Shown piece after piece: positions 16,265 to 26,004 of a stretch of DNA of 64,000 nucleotides. The notes beneath the pieces are model-generated. The model made no database searches. It worked only from the letters and a program-made list of their open reading frames with translations, and was not told where the DNA came from. The stretch lies in sequence record KJ019146.1. One strand, given 5' to 3'. Position 1 is the stretch's first letter. Each line of letters starts with the position of its first letter. The position numbers and the translations under genes were made by a program.

Positions 16265-17482
16265 ATGACGATGAGATCGTTTCTAACATTCCTAACCGAA
16301 GCTCGTTCTCGTGCATCCAAGAGAGCCAAAGAGTTGGGACTCACTGGCAACGGTCATGGTGGATGGGAAGATAGCGAAGGTAACCTAGTCGCTATGACTG
16401 TGAAGGGTGATCTGGAGTTTGTGAAGGGAAGAGAACCCAAAGAGGAAGAAGAACCCACTGAAAAGACTTCTGCCCCTGAAGAGGAACCAACATCCAAATC
16501 ACCAGCACCTGGATTGGATCCAGAGGAAACCGATACACCAGAACAGGAAGAACCAGCTCCTGTTCCCAAAGATAAGGGTATTCTAACTGTTGCTTTTGGT
16601 AGGTTTAACCCCCCTACTATTGGGCATGAGAAACTAATCAATACTGTAGCGGGATATGCTGATGATAATGATTACATTATTATCCCCTCTAGGAGTGAAG
16701 ATAAGAAGAAGAATCCTCTAGATGTTGATACGAAAGTCTCTATCATGAGGCAGATGTATCCACAACACGCCGAGAAGATTGTTAACGATCCACACAACAG
16801 AACTATCTTTGATGTGATGCGTAAGGCACATAACGATGGTTACGCTGGTATTCGTATTGTTGGTGGTGGTGATAGAGTAAAAGAATATGAGAAACTAGCT
16901 AACGCATATAATGGATCTACCTATGACTTTGAGGAGATCGATGTAGTCAATGCTGGTGATAGGGATCCAGATTCCGAAGGTGCAGAGGGTATGTCTGCCT
17001 CTAAGATGAGAAAGGCGGCAGCTGATAACGACTTTGATTCTTTCAGAAAGGGAATGCCAAAGACCCTCAGTAACGACCAGATGGTTTCAATCTACACTCA
17101 GGTTCAGAAGTCTATGGGTGTATCTCCTAAGAAAGTTGCTGCTGAGGGGTGGGAAGTTGCCCCTAGACTGTATCCACAGGAACTGAGAGAGGCTTATATC
17201 CAAAACGAAATCTATAATATTGGTGATACTGTCAGCCATGACACCACTGGTATGGTAGGTAAGATTGTAAGAAAGGGAACTAATCACCTCATTTGTGTAA
17301 CAGAAAGTGAGGAAATGTTCAAGACCTGGACACAGGATGTTAGTCCTGCGGATCTAAAACCACAACCAGCAATCTCTACTCCAAAGGAGAGGGAAGTTGG
17401 AACAGATTCCCTTAGATCTTTCCTTCAAAGGATCACTCCAGGAGAGAAAGAGCAATCCTTTATAAATAAACATAAGAAATAA
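16265..17482 (+). CDS. cytidylyltransferase/NMNAT-like HxGH nucleotidyltransferase with N-terminal extension
   Basis: FGRFNPPTIGHEKL, VGGGDRV and MSASKMR motifs. Confidence 0.85.
   Translation: MTMRSFLTFLTEARSRASKRAKELGLTGNGHGGWEDSEGNLVAMTVKGDLEFVKGREPKEEEEPTEKTSAPEEEPTSKSPAPGLDPEETDTPEQEEPAPVPKDKGILTVAFGRFNPPTIGHEKLINTVAGYADDNDYIIIPSRSEDKKKNPLDVDTKVSIMRQMYPQHAEKIVNDPHNRTIFDVMRKAHNDGYAGIRIVGGGDRVKEYEKLANAYNGSTYDFEEIDVVNAGDRDPDSEGAEGMSASKMRKAAADNDFDSFRKGMPKTLSNDQMVSIYTQVQKSMGVSPKKVAAEGWEVAPRLYPQELREAYIQNEIYNIGDTVSHDTTGMVGKIVRKGTNHLICVTESEEMFKTWTQDVSPADLKPQPAISTPKEREVGTDSLRSFLQRITPGEKEQSFINKHKK
17461..17468 (+). promoter_or_regulatory. T4-type late promoter
   Basis: TATAAATA upstream of ORF 17502. 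Confidence 0.7.
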
Positions 17483-17501
17483 GACAGTTCCTTTTTAGAA
17501 G

Positions 17502-19262
17502 ATGGATTTCAACGTAACCGAAGCTGTCGAGCTAATCGTATTGTTAGCCGAGACAGAACAGCTAACACTACAAGATGCTCTACAGGAGTTCCTATCAGAG
17601 ACCGAGTTGGACTCTGAAACGGCATCCCATCTAAAGGGTGCCCTCTTTGAGAAATATTCACTCAGAGAGATGGCGACTGACGCCGTAACAAACGCTATGA
17701 TGAAAGTGTTTGTTAGTCGTCCAGTAGTAGAGGAGGAAGTGGAAACTCCTGATGGTAATCTCTATTTTGTAGAGGTTGAACTAGAGGAGGAAGTTCTAGA
17801 AGGTTATCTAACCCTAGAAGAAATCCAGAATATGAGAGTGGATGCTGACGTTCTATCCGTCAAGTTAGTTGATGAAGGTGTTCGTGACACTGACGCCAAG
17901 AAAGGAACAGAGGAAAGAAAGAAACGCCTTGAGAAGAAGCGTGGAATGAAGTTGGATGATCATCCTCAGTATCTGGAAACAGATATGAAGAAGCGTCAGG
18001 AGAATAACGAGAATGCTCGTAAGGATATGGATAAAGTGAAGGGTCAGAAGAATCCTCACTTCGAAGAGTATGATATTTCTGAAGGTCGCAAAGAAGGTGA
18101 GTCTTCTAAAGATTACGCCGATAGAATGACTAAGAAGTATTCTGGTGGTAAGTCTAAGTCCTATGATCCCATGAAGGATAAGAACTTCGACCATGACAAG
18201 GCAGAAAGAACCCGTGGTTCTATGGAAGAAGGTGTTATGAAGGGAAGTGGTTCCTTCAAGAGAGGCGGACAAGCTCATCAAGGTAAAGGGGCTGCTCAAG
18301 CTTCTGTTGGTGGTATGTCTAATAGCAAAGTTTATGGACTTGGTGCTTCTAAACCAAAGGGTAGTGACAAAAAGAGATCCGACAAACAGAAAGCTCAAGC
18401 TTTGGCTGATCGTAAAGCAGCTGCAAAGGATAGGATGAAGGATGGAACATCTAATTCTAAACTTGACAAATTGATCAAAAAAGTTCAGAGTGAGGGTCTA
18501 GATCCAGTAGGTGGCGAAGACGCTGACATTAATAACGATAATAAGGTTGATAAGACTGATAAGTATCTACACAATCGTCGTAAGGCTATCGGCAAGGCGA
18601 TGAAGAAGGAGTCAGCTTGGGCTGAGTATCTAAATCGTAGAGGAATCTCTGAGGAAGTATTCTCTGAAGGTGACCTAATCGACGCAGGTCGTAAGAATGA
18701 GGGAGAACGAAAGGGAAAAAAGATTACCGGGGAGGGTGTTGATAACTCCTCCTCTGTGAAGTTGATGCCCCGTATCGCTGAAGCCGCTATCATCACTGAG
18801 AAGTCAGAGAGTAAGTCACAACAGCGTCTCTTTGGTATGGTAAGAGCAGCTCAGAAGGGTGAGAAACCCGCCTCTGGTAAGGTTGCTGAACTAGCTTCTA
18901 AGGTTGGTAAGAAAGACGTTCTAGACTTCGCTAAGACAAAACACAAGGGTTTGAAAGAGCAGTGTTGCCCTGATTGTGGAACTCCTGATTGTTCCTGTGA
19001 TGAGAAGCCCAAGGCTAAGAAAAAGAAAGCTAAACTAGATGAAGCAGGGATGCCTATTCTAGAGTATTCTAGAAACAACGCTGAAGGTCCTACACCTGAA
19101 ATGATTGATCCTCCAAAGGATGAAGAAGGTAAGAAGGGTGTAAAGAACCCTAAAGGTAAGGCTAAGAGACCTGGTGCAGGTGACAGAAGACCTAACGATG
19201 GTGGTTCTGAACTACCATTCGATATGGGAACTGTACCTGGTGGCGGCGGCTGTGGTTGCTAA
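17502..19262 (+). CDS. highly charged low-complexity protein, probable virion internal protein
   Basis: 586 aa, K/E/D/G-rich, follows a late promoter; EF-hand-like DINNDNKVDKTD. Confidence 0.55.
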   Translation: MDFNVTEAVELIVLLAETEQLTLQDALQEFLSETELDSETASHLKGALFEKYSLREMATDAVTNAMMKVFVSRPVVEEEVETPDGNLYFVEVELEEEVLEGYLTLEEIQNMRVDADVLSVKLVDEGVRDTDAKKGTEERKKRLEKKRGMKLDDHPQYLETDMKKRQENNENARKDMDKVKGQKNPHFEEYDISEGRKEGESSKDYADRMTKKYSGGKSKSYDPMKDKNFDHDKAERTRGSMEEGVMKGSGSFKRGGQAHQGKGAAQASVGGMSNSKVYGLGASKPKGSDKKRSDKQKAQALADRKAAAKDRMKDGTSNSKLDKLIKKVQSEGLDPVGGEDADINNDNKVDKTDKYLHNRRKAIGKAMKKESAWAEYLNRRGISEEVFSEGDLIDAGRKNEGERKGKKITGEGVDNSSSVKLMPRIAEAAIITEKSESKSQQRLFGMVRAAQKGEKPASGKVAELASKVGKKDVLDFAKTKHKGLKEQCCPDCGTPDCSCDEKPKAKKKKAKLDEAGMPILEYSRNNAEGPTPEMIDPPKDEEGKKGVKNPKGKAKRPGAGDRRPNDGGSELPFDMGTVPGGGGCGC

Positions 19263-19288
19263 ATAGTGATGTAGTTTTTAGGTATTAC

Positions 19289-19465
19289 ATGTCAAAAGTA
19301 GTGAGTCTACTCAAGCCAGCACTTCTCTGGTTACGTGATTCTACCGAAGTGAAGAGACTAGTAATTGAACTCCTCCAGCGTTACGCTGAGAGTACGAAGA
19401 CTGATGTTGATGATTTACTCGTCGCCACAGTCAGTAAAGCACTCCTCCCCGAAGGAGTTGAGTGA
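19289..19465 (+). CDS. small hypothetical protein
   Basis: In-frame ATG 19289 chosen over the track start. Confidence 0.6.
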   Translation: MSKVVSLLKPALLWLRDSTEVKRLVIELLQRYAESTKTDVDDLLVATVSKALLPEGVE

Positions 19466-19638
19466 TGGAGTGTTTGTTAGTATCCCATACTACGTTTTGG
19501 GTACTAACAGGCGCGTTACTTCTTTCTGAAGCTATCGGTGAAACCAAATGGATTAAATCCAATGGAATTTTGTCATTCATCTTTGAACTTTTAGAGCATC
19601 TAGCTCGTATAGTCCGAAAGGTACTATATCAACGTTAA
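19465..19638 (+). CDS. small membrane protein (57 aa), holin-like candidate
   Basis: Read by hand; TGATG overlap; hydrophobic segment, KSNGILSFIFE and a basic C-terminus. Confidence 0.5.
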   Translation: MECLLVSHTTFWVLTGALLLSEAIGETKWIKSNGILSFIFELLEHLARIVRKVLYQR

Positions 19639-19674
19639 CCTAGGGGGTATTTAAAACCTTCTAGGTTTTTTCTA

Positions 19675-19682
19675 TATAAATA
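19675..19682 (+). promoter_or_regulatory. T4-type late promoter
   Basis: TATAAATA upstream of ORF 19718, preceded by a CCTAG/CTAGG hairpin and T run. Confidence 0.7.
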
Positions 19683-19717
19683 AAACTACCGGATATTCAC
19701 ACTAAAGGAATCAACAA

Positions 19718-20524
19718 ATGGCACTCTGGGGAAACAAAGACAATTTATCAGGTCCAACTCCAGTTACTATTGTCGGCACAGCAACCTCCGAGTTTTGGAC
19801 TGCTGCCGCAACTGGAATTGGCACTATCGCAACAGGAACAACCATCGTATTAGGTGATGGTGGTTCAGCAGGTTTTGCAGTCATCGAAGCAAGTTTGGGG
19901 GCAGACCTAGTAAAGGTTAACCACCTATCAGCACTTGCTGGATCTAACTCGGCTGTATACTCACTACAACCTATTTCACTTAAGAACGATCCTGGATACG
20001 CACCTACTTCAGCCGATGGCTCACTAGGACGTACTCAGAGACCAGTTGGTTTGAGTTCTGCAAACATGACAGCATCAGCTGGAACTGTGTGGGAAGCTGA
20101 TCACAGTGGTTGGGTTGGAGTTACAACCTACATGGACAACTCAGCAACACCTCCAGTGATGCGTGTTAAGAAGGAAGTTCTAGTCGCTATGTCTGGTATT
20201 CAGACTGGTGGACGTGAGTATCCTGGTATGTTCAGTAACGCAGCTGCCGCAGTTGTTATTGGTGCAGCATCCGTAAGTGGTTCTGCCACACCTGTAGCAC
20301 TCACACCATCAGCATATACAGTATCTACTGCTTCAGCAACCGCTGGTGACCTAACCTATGTTTGGTCTACTAACGATGGTTCTGCTACAATTACTGGTGG
20401 CACTACAACTACCGCTAACATTGGATTCAGTACAGCTGGTAGCTACAACGTTACTTGTACAGTTTCTTCTGGAACTGCCTCTGATTCACCATCAGCAGAT
20501 ACACTTGCAGTAGTCGCTAGCTGA
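19718..20524 (+). CDS. virion structural protein with C-terminal Ig/PKD-like domain
   Basis: A/G/S/T-rich; LTYVWS...GSYNVTCTVS pattern; late promoter and AAGGA SD. Confidence 0.6.
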   Translation: MALWGNKDNLSGPTPVTIVGTATSEFWTAAATGIGTIATGTTIVLGDGGSAGFAVIEASLGADLVKVNHLSALAGSNSAVYSLQPISLKNDPGYAPTSADGSLGRTQRPVGLSSANMTASAGTVWEADHSGWVGVTTYMDNSATPPVMRVKKEVLVAMSGIQTGGREYPGMFSNAAAAVVIGAASVSGSATPVALTPSAYTVSTASATAGDLTYVWSTNDGSATITGGTTTTANIGFSTAGSYNVTCTVSSGTASDSPSADTLAVVAS

Positions 20525-20540
20525 TAACCAAGAGTAAGAG

Positions 20541-20924
20541 ATGAGATTTGACGAACTAAATGATGATAATTATCTCTTGTTTGCTATCAAGTTTTACGAG
20601 AACCCTCACGCGGTAACCCGTGATGATTTTGAGGATGATCTGAAGAAGATTAAGTATGTTAAACGTCTACTAAGACGTTATAGAAATATGGGTGTGTTAA
20701 AAACGCACCTCATACTTAATCACTTGATAGTATTATTTAATGTATTTGGGGATGCTGCCGTCCCTCTCCTGTTCTATAACATAGAAAAGGATCTATGGCC
20801 AGCACTAAAGGGGTTTCTTGTGTTTATGCACAAACTTCCTGAGTTTCCTAGGACACTTATGGATGAAGTTCCCCTAGACGAATATTGCCTAGAACAACTG
20901 GAGAACATAGATGAGTCATCCTAA
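20541..20924 (+). CDS. conserved cyanomyovirus hypothetical protein
   Basis: 127 aa, MRFDELNDDNYLLFAIK... Confidence 0.75.
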   Translation: MRFDELNDDNYLLFAIKFYENPHAVTRDDFEDDLKKIKYVKRLLRRYRNMGVLKTHLILNHLIVLFNVFGDAAVPLLFYNIEKDLWPALKGFLVFMHKLPEFPRTLMDEVPLDEYCLEQLENIDESS

Positions 20925-21096
20925 ACTAGATATTCTAATAGAAGCCTTCAGGAGACTGAGGGAAGACGCAGGGATGACTGTAGGTGGTGGTAACATTGCC
21001 GGTATGCCTCCAGAAGATACTGATCCCCCTGTGGATCTAAAGAAGAAAAAGAAGAAGGTATTATCTACCTTCCGTAGAAGTTTACCCAACCAGTAG
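20911..21096 (+). CDS. hypothetical protein
   Basis: 61-aa ORF overlapping the previous stop. Confidence 0.6.
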   Translation: MSHPKLDILIEAFRRLREDAGMTVGGGNIAGMPPEDTDPPVDLKKKKKKVLSTFRRSLPNQ

Positions 21097-21103
21097 GAAA
21101 TTT

Positions 21104-21490
21104 ATGTTCCAGAGGAATGACAATGTGAAATTGGCAGTCCTTGAGGAGAAACTAAGTACAGCATCTGAAGTTATCTCCAAGCTTGATGAAAATATCGAGC
21201 AACTTAGTCATCTGAGTGTCAATGTCAGCAAAATGTTAGCTGTCCACGAAGAAAAGATAGAGGTTTCCAGAGAAGCCCACCTAGAAACTGAAAAGGAAAT
21301 AGGAGAACTATCAGACAGATTAGAAGAAAAGTATAAATGTTTAGCTAAAAGACTCACTGCTTTGGAGTTTAGAGTCTGGATGGCTGCGGGCGCCTTTGCT
21401 ATTATAGGTATCTGCCTCCAAATTGGTATTATAGAGGGCGTCACATTATCCCAAAAGTCTGTTATAATGGAGGTGTCCCAGACTGAGTGA
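21104..21490 (+). CDS. coiled-coil protein with C-terminal transmembrane helix
   Basis: Heptad-rich body followed by VWMAAGAFAIIGICLQIGII. Confidence 0.65.
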   Translation: MFQRNDNVKLAVLEEKLSTASEVISKLDENIEQLSHLSVNVSKMLAVHEEKIEVSREAHLETEKEIGELSDRLEEKYKCLAKRLTALEFRVWMAAGAFAIIGICLQIGIIEGVTLSQKSVIMEVSQTE

Positions 21491-21497
21491 ATACTGA

Positions 21498-22478
21498 ATG
21501 GATTTTGTTGATTCCAAGTTCATAAGTCTAGTATCCTCTCGCTTAGAGAAGTTCAAACAGAAGAAGTCTGACCTGTATAACTGCAGGTGTCCCATTTGTG
21601 GAGACTCTTCTAGGAACCGAACTAAAGCGAGGGGATATATTTATGCAGTGAAACAAAATACAAACTACAAATGCCACAACTGTGGTGTGAGTATGTCATT
21701 CTCCAACTTTATAAAGGAGATAGATCCAGTATTACATAAGCAGTATGTTTTTGAGAAGTTCAAGGGGAAGAACTCTACGCCCATCAAGAACACTAAGTCA
21801 GTTCTGGATAAGTTCTCCTATGAACCTAAGTTCAAGAAGAAGACAAAGATTGATTTACCCTCCGCCTTTGATGTAAAACTATCTAAGGAGTATCTGGATA
21901 ACAGAAAGATCACCTCTGGGGAGTTTTATTACACAGATAACTTCAAAGAGTTTGTGAATGTAATCAAACCAAGAACGTTTGATGACGAACGTGGAGGACC
22001 TAGAATTGTAATTCCTCTGTATGACAGGGATGGTGTATTGTTTGGGTTACAGGGAAGATCTCTTCTCCCCAGTAAGGTTAAATACATCACAATCATCCTT
22101 GATGAAGACCAACCAAAAGTGTATGGTTTGGAGAAGATAGACCCCACACAGAGGGTTTATCTAGTGGAGGGTCCTTTCGATTCCACATTCATAAATAACT
22201 CACTCGCTATGTGTGGTGCTGATGTAGTATTGGATACACTGGGACTACAAGAACTAGTATATGTGTACGATAACGAACCTCGTAATAGGGAGATCTGCAA
22301 TAGGATCAATAAAGTTATCGATCAGGGTAAGAAGGTTGTTATTTTCCCCACAAATATAGAACAAAAGGACATCAATGATATGATCCTAGCAGGGCATGAT
22401 ATAATGACTGTATTGGGATCCAATGTCTACCAAGGACTAACTGCTAAAATTAAGTATAACGAATGGAAAAGATTATGA
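21498..22478 (+). CDS. 61: DNA primase gp61
   Basis: Zn finger CPICGD...CHNCG, TOPRIM VEGPFDS, YDNEPRN and KDINDM. Confidence 0.95.
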   Translation: MDFVDSKFISLVSSRLEKFKQKKSDLYNCRCPICGDSSRNRTKARGYIYAVKQNTNYKCHNCGVSMSFSNFIKEIDPVLHKQYVFEKFKGKNSTPIKNTKSVLDKFSYEPKFKKKTKIDLPSAFDVKLSKEYLDNRKITSGEFYYTDNFKEFVNVIKPRTFDDERGGPRIVIPLYDRDGVLFGLQGRSLLPSKVKYITIILDEDQPKVYGLEKIDPTQRVYLVEGPFDSTFINNSLAMCGADVVLDTLGLQELVYVYDNEPRNREICNRINKVIDQGKKVVIFPTNIEQKDINDMILAGHDIMTVLGSNVYQGLTAKIKYNEWKRL

Positions 22479-24775
22479 ATTCTGTGATCAGTGTTGTTAA
22501 GAGATCTGGTGACAAGGAAGTACTTGACATTAACAAACTTCACGTAATGGTCGAGGCTGCTTGTGACGATCTATCTGGAGTCTCTGCCTCACAGGTAGAG
22601 ATGAACTCAAATATTCAGTTCTATGATGGAATTACAACTGATGCAATTCAGGAAATTCTTATTAAGAGTGCTTCTGATTTGATTGATCTTGATCACCCAA
22701 ACTATCAGTATGTTGCTGCTAGGTTGTTGTTGTTTGCTGTACGCAAACAGGTTTATGATCGTATGCATGAACTACCTGATGTTAAGTCGCATGTTAGAAA
22801 GTGTGTAGACGCAGGTGTTTATGATGCTGAAATCTTTGATCTCTATAGTGACGAAGAGTTTGCTGAGTTTGATAAGATTATCAATCACGACAGAGACTAT
22901 ATCTTCACCTTTGCTGGTCTCCGTCAGGTGGTAGATAAGTACTTGGTTCAGGATAGGACCAATAATAAGATGTATGAAACACCTCAGTTCATGTATCTCC
23001 TTATCGCCGCTACTATCTTCTCTCAGTATTCTAGAGAGACACGAATGTCCTATGTGAAACGTTACTATGACGCAATCTCAAAGCACCGCATCAATATTCC
23101 AACGCCTATTATGGCAGGCGTTAGAACGCCCCTTAGGCAGTTCGCTAGCTGCGTTCTTATTGATTCCGACGACAGTCTCGATTCTATCTTTAGTTCTGAT
23201 ATGGCTATTGGCAGATATGTTGCGCAAAGAGCTGGAATCGGGATCAACGCTGGTAGAATCCGTGGACTCAACAGTAAGATCCGTGGTGGAGAGGTCAGTC
23301 ATACAGGGGTAATTCCTTTCCTTAAGAAGTTTGAAACTACCGTTAGGTGTTGTACCCAGAACGGTATCAGGGGAGGTTCGGCAACAGTTCACTTCCCTAT
23401 CTGGCACCAAGAGATCGAAGATATCATGGTGTTGAAGAATAACAAGGGCACAGAAGACAACCGAGTGAGGAAACTTGACTACTCAATCCAACTATCAAAG
23501 ATTTTCTACGAGCGTTTCATCCAGAATGGAGAGATTAGCTTGTTCTCACCGCATGACGTACCAGGTTTGTATGATGCTTTTGGTACTGATGACTTTGACA
23601 CTCTATATCGGATGCATGAACTCAATGATGCTGTTCCAAGAACGACACACAAAGCACAAGAGTTAATCATGGATCTCTTGAAGGAGAGATCTGAGACTGG
23701 TCGTATCTACTTAATGAATATCGATCACTGTAACTCTCACTCTTCCTTCCTGGATAAGGTGGAGATGTCCAACCTCTGTCAGGAGATTACACTACCTACA
23801 AGACCCCTAAATCATATCGATGATACCGAAGGTGAGATTGCTCTCTGTATCCTCTCTGCGTTGAACGTAGGTAAGTTACGCAACCTAGAAGAGATGGAGG
23901 AGCTATGTGACTTGGCAATTCGTGGTTTAGATGAACTCATTGACTTCCAAAACTACCCCATCAAGGCAGCTGAAATTGCCACTAAGAATCGTAGGTCTCT
24001 AGGTGTTGGTTACATTGGGTTGGCACACTACCTAGCGAAACATAGAGTTGGGTATAATGATCAGGAAGCATTCCAATTGGTTCATGATCTAACTGAACAC
24101 TTCCAGTACTATCTAATCAAGGCAACAACTAATCTCGCCAAAGAGAAAGGAGCTTGTGGTTGGTCTGATCGTACTAAGTATAGTCAGGGTATTCTACCTA
24201 TCGACACATACAAGAGTGATGTGGATGAGATCGTTCCTAACGTTCTCACACTAGACTGGGAAGCTCTACGAGCCGATTGTCTGAAGTATGGAGTCCGTAA
24301 CTCCACCCTCTCGGCACAGATGCCCTCTGAGTCCTCCTCAGTCGTCTGTAACGCCACTAATGGTATCGAACCACCCAGAGGGTTCCTATCGGTGAAGAAG
24401 TCCAAGAAGGGAACCCTGAAACAGATTGTTCCTTCCTATCCATACCTCAAGCAGTTCTACACTCTCCTATGGGAAATGGGTAGTAACGAGGGGTATATTA
24501 AGATTGTGGCTGTGATGCAGAAGTTCTTTGATCAGGCTATCTCTGGTAACTGGTCTTACAACCCTAAGGACTACCCAAATAATGAGGTTCCAATGAGTGA
24601 GATGGTCAAAGATTGGCTCACTACATATAAGTACGGTTGGAAGACTTCTTACTACCAAAACACATATGATATGTCCACCGATACTGGGGAAACTGACACC
24701 AAAGAAGAACTAGAATCATTACTATCACAGATCGAACTTCTCGAAGATGACGACTGTGACAGTTGTAAAATCTAA
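22475..24775 (+). CDS. nrdA: ribonucleotide reductase class Ia alpha subunit
   Basis: ATP cone VVKRSG, FASCVLI, SNLCQEI and C-terminal CDSCKI. ATGA overlap with primase gives start 22475. No intein or intron. Confidence 0.97.
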   Translation: MNSVISVVKRSGDKEVLDINKLHVMVEAACDDLSGVSASQVEMNSNIQFYDGITTDAIQEILIKSASDLIDLDHPNYQYVAARLLLFAVRKQVYDRMHELPDVKSHVRKCVDAGVYDAEIFDLYSDEEFAEFDKIINHDRDYIFTFAGLRQVVDKYLVQDRTNNKMYETPQFMYLLIAATIFSQYSRETRMSYVKRYYDAISKHRINIPTPIMAGVRTPLRQFASCVLIDSDDSLDSIFSSDMAIGRYVAQRAGIGINAGRIRGLNSKIRGGEVSHTGVIPFLKKFETTVRCCTQNGIRGGSATVHFPIWHQEIEDIMVLKNNKGTEDNRVRKLDYSIQLSKIFYERFIQNGEISLFSPHDVPGLYDAFGTDDFDTLYRMHELNDAVPRTTHKAQELIMDLLKERSETGRIYLMNIDHCNSHSSFLDKVEMSNLCQEITLPTRPLNHIDDTEGEIALCILSALNVGKLRNLEEMEELCDLAIRGLDELIDFQNYPIKAAEIATKNRRSLGVGYIGLAHYLAKHRVGYNDQEAFQLVHDLTEHFQYYLIKATTNLAKEKGACGWSDRTKYSQGILPIDTYKSDVDEIVPNVLTLDWEALRADCLKYGVRNSTLSAQMPSESSSVVCNATNGIEPPRGFLSVKKSKKGTLKQIVPSYPYLKQFYTLLWEMGSNEGYIKIVAVMQKFFDQAISGNWSYNPKDYPNNEVPMSEMVKDWLTTYKYGWKTSYYQNTYDMSTDTGETDTKEELESLLSQIELLEDDDCDSCKI

Positions 24776-24832
24776 TCCATAAAGTGATATAATAGGATCA
24801 CTACACAAACCATAAACTAACTCTCACCAACT

Positions 24833-25999
24833 ATGAAGTTTCTAACAAATACAGGAAATATTGAAGGAATGACCGTGTTTAATCAGAATGAAGTTGATGC
24901 TAAGACCCAACCAATGTTTTTTGGTAAGCCTCTGGGGATACAACGTTATGATACCTTTAAGTATCCTATCTTTGAGAAGCTAACTCAACAACAACTAGGA
25001 TACTTCTGGAAGCCAGAGGAGATCTCTCTTCAGAAAGATAGGTCTGACTATCAGAAGTTGCGTCCAGAACAGAAACACATCTTTACTTCTAACCTAAAGT
25101 ATCAGATTCTTTTGGATTCTGTACAAGGTCGTGGTCCTGGTATGGCTTTTGCTCCCTATTGTTCTCTCCCAGAACTAGAGGGTTGTCTAAAAGCATGGGA
25201 GTTTATGGAGATGATTCATAGTAGATCTTATACTCATATTATCAAGAACCTATATCCAGATCCTTCTGAAGTATTTGATACTATTCTGACAGATGAAAAG
25301 ATCCTTGAGCGAGCAAAGACGGTTACAGCGGCTTATAACGAATTCATTAATGCCGCTCACGAATACGACAACGGTAACACATGGCAACACGCAAATGAAG
25401 ACGTACCTACGGCTCTTGTCAACCGTTATGACCTTAAGCGTAAGCTTTACCGTGCTATGGCTAACGTTAATATCCTAGAGGGTATTCGTTTCTATGTTTC
25501 CTTTGCCTGTTCTTTCGCCTTTGGTGAGTTGAAGCAGATGGAGGCATCAGCCAAGATCATTTCACTCATTGCCCGTGACGAATCACAACACCTAGTTATC
25601 AGTCAGAACATTCTGAAGAACTGGAGGAATGGTGATGATCCTGATATGATCAAGATTGCTGAGGAACAGAAGCCTTGGTTGATTGAAACCTTCAAGTTGG
25701 CAGTGGATCAGGAGAAAGCCTGGGCTGAATACCTCTTCAAAGATGGTTCTATGATTGGTTTGAACGAGAAACTACTAGGAAACTATGTTGAGTGGATTGC
25801 TAACCGTCGTATGAAGGCTGTTGGTCTAGAACCCATCTACGATATCGCAGCTAAGAATAATCCTCTCCCTTGGACAGAACACTGGTTGAACTCCAAGAGT
25901 GTTCAGGTTGCCCCTCAGGAGACTGAGATTACCTCCTACATCGTTGGTAATGTGAACCAGGATGTGAAATCAGATCAGTTTGCTAACTTCTCCCTATAA
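24833..25999 (+). CDS. nrdB: ribonucleotide reductase class Ia beta subunit
   Basis: FWKPEEI, EMIHSRSY, LEGIRFYVSF, IARDESQH and APQETEITSY. Confidence 0.97.
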   Translation: MKFLTNTGNIEGMTVFNQNEVDAKTQPMFFGKPLGIQRYDTFKYPIFEKLTQQQLGYFWKPEEISLQKDRSDYQKLRPEQKHIFTSNLKYQILLDSVQGRGPGMAFAPYCSLPELEGCLKAWEFMEMIHSRSYTHIIKNLYPDPSEVFDTILTDEKILERAKTVTAAYNEFINAAHEYDNGNTWQHANEDVPTALVNRYDLKRKLYRAMANVNILEGIRFYVSFACSFAFGELKQMEASAKIISLIARDESQHLVISQNILKNWRNGDDPDMIKIAEEQKPWLIETFKLAVDQEKAWAEYLFKDGSMIGLNEKLLGNYVEWIANRRMKAVGLEPIYDIAAKNNPLPWTEHWLNSKSVQVAPQETEITSYIVGNVNQDVKSDQFANFSL

Positions 26000-26004
26000 T
26001 TTGA

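Noticed and set aside
22475-25999. Intein or intron in nrdA/nrdB (also checked psbA and psbD)
   Set aside because: All are continuous, of normal length, with no insertions.
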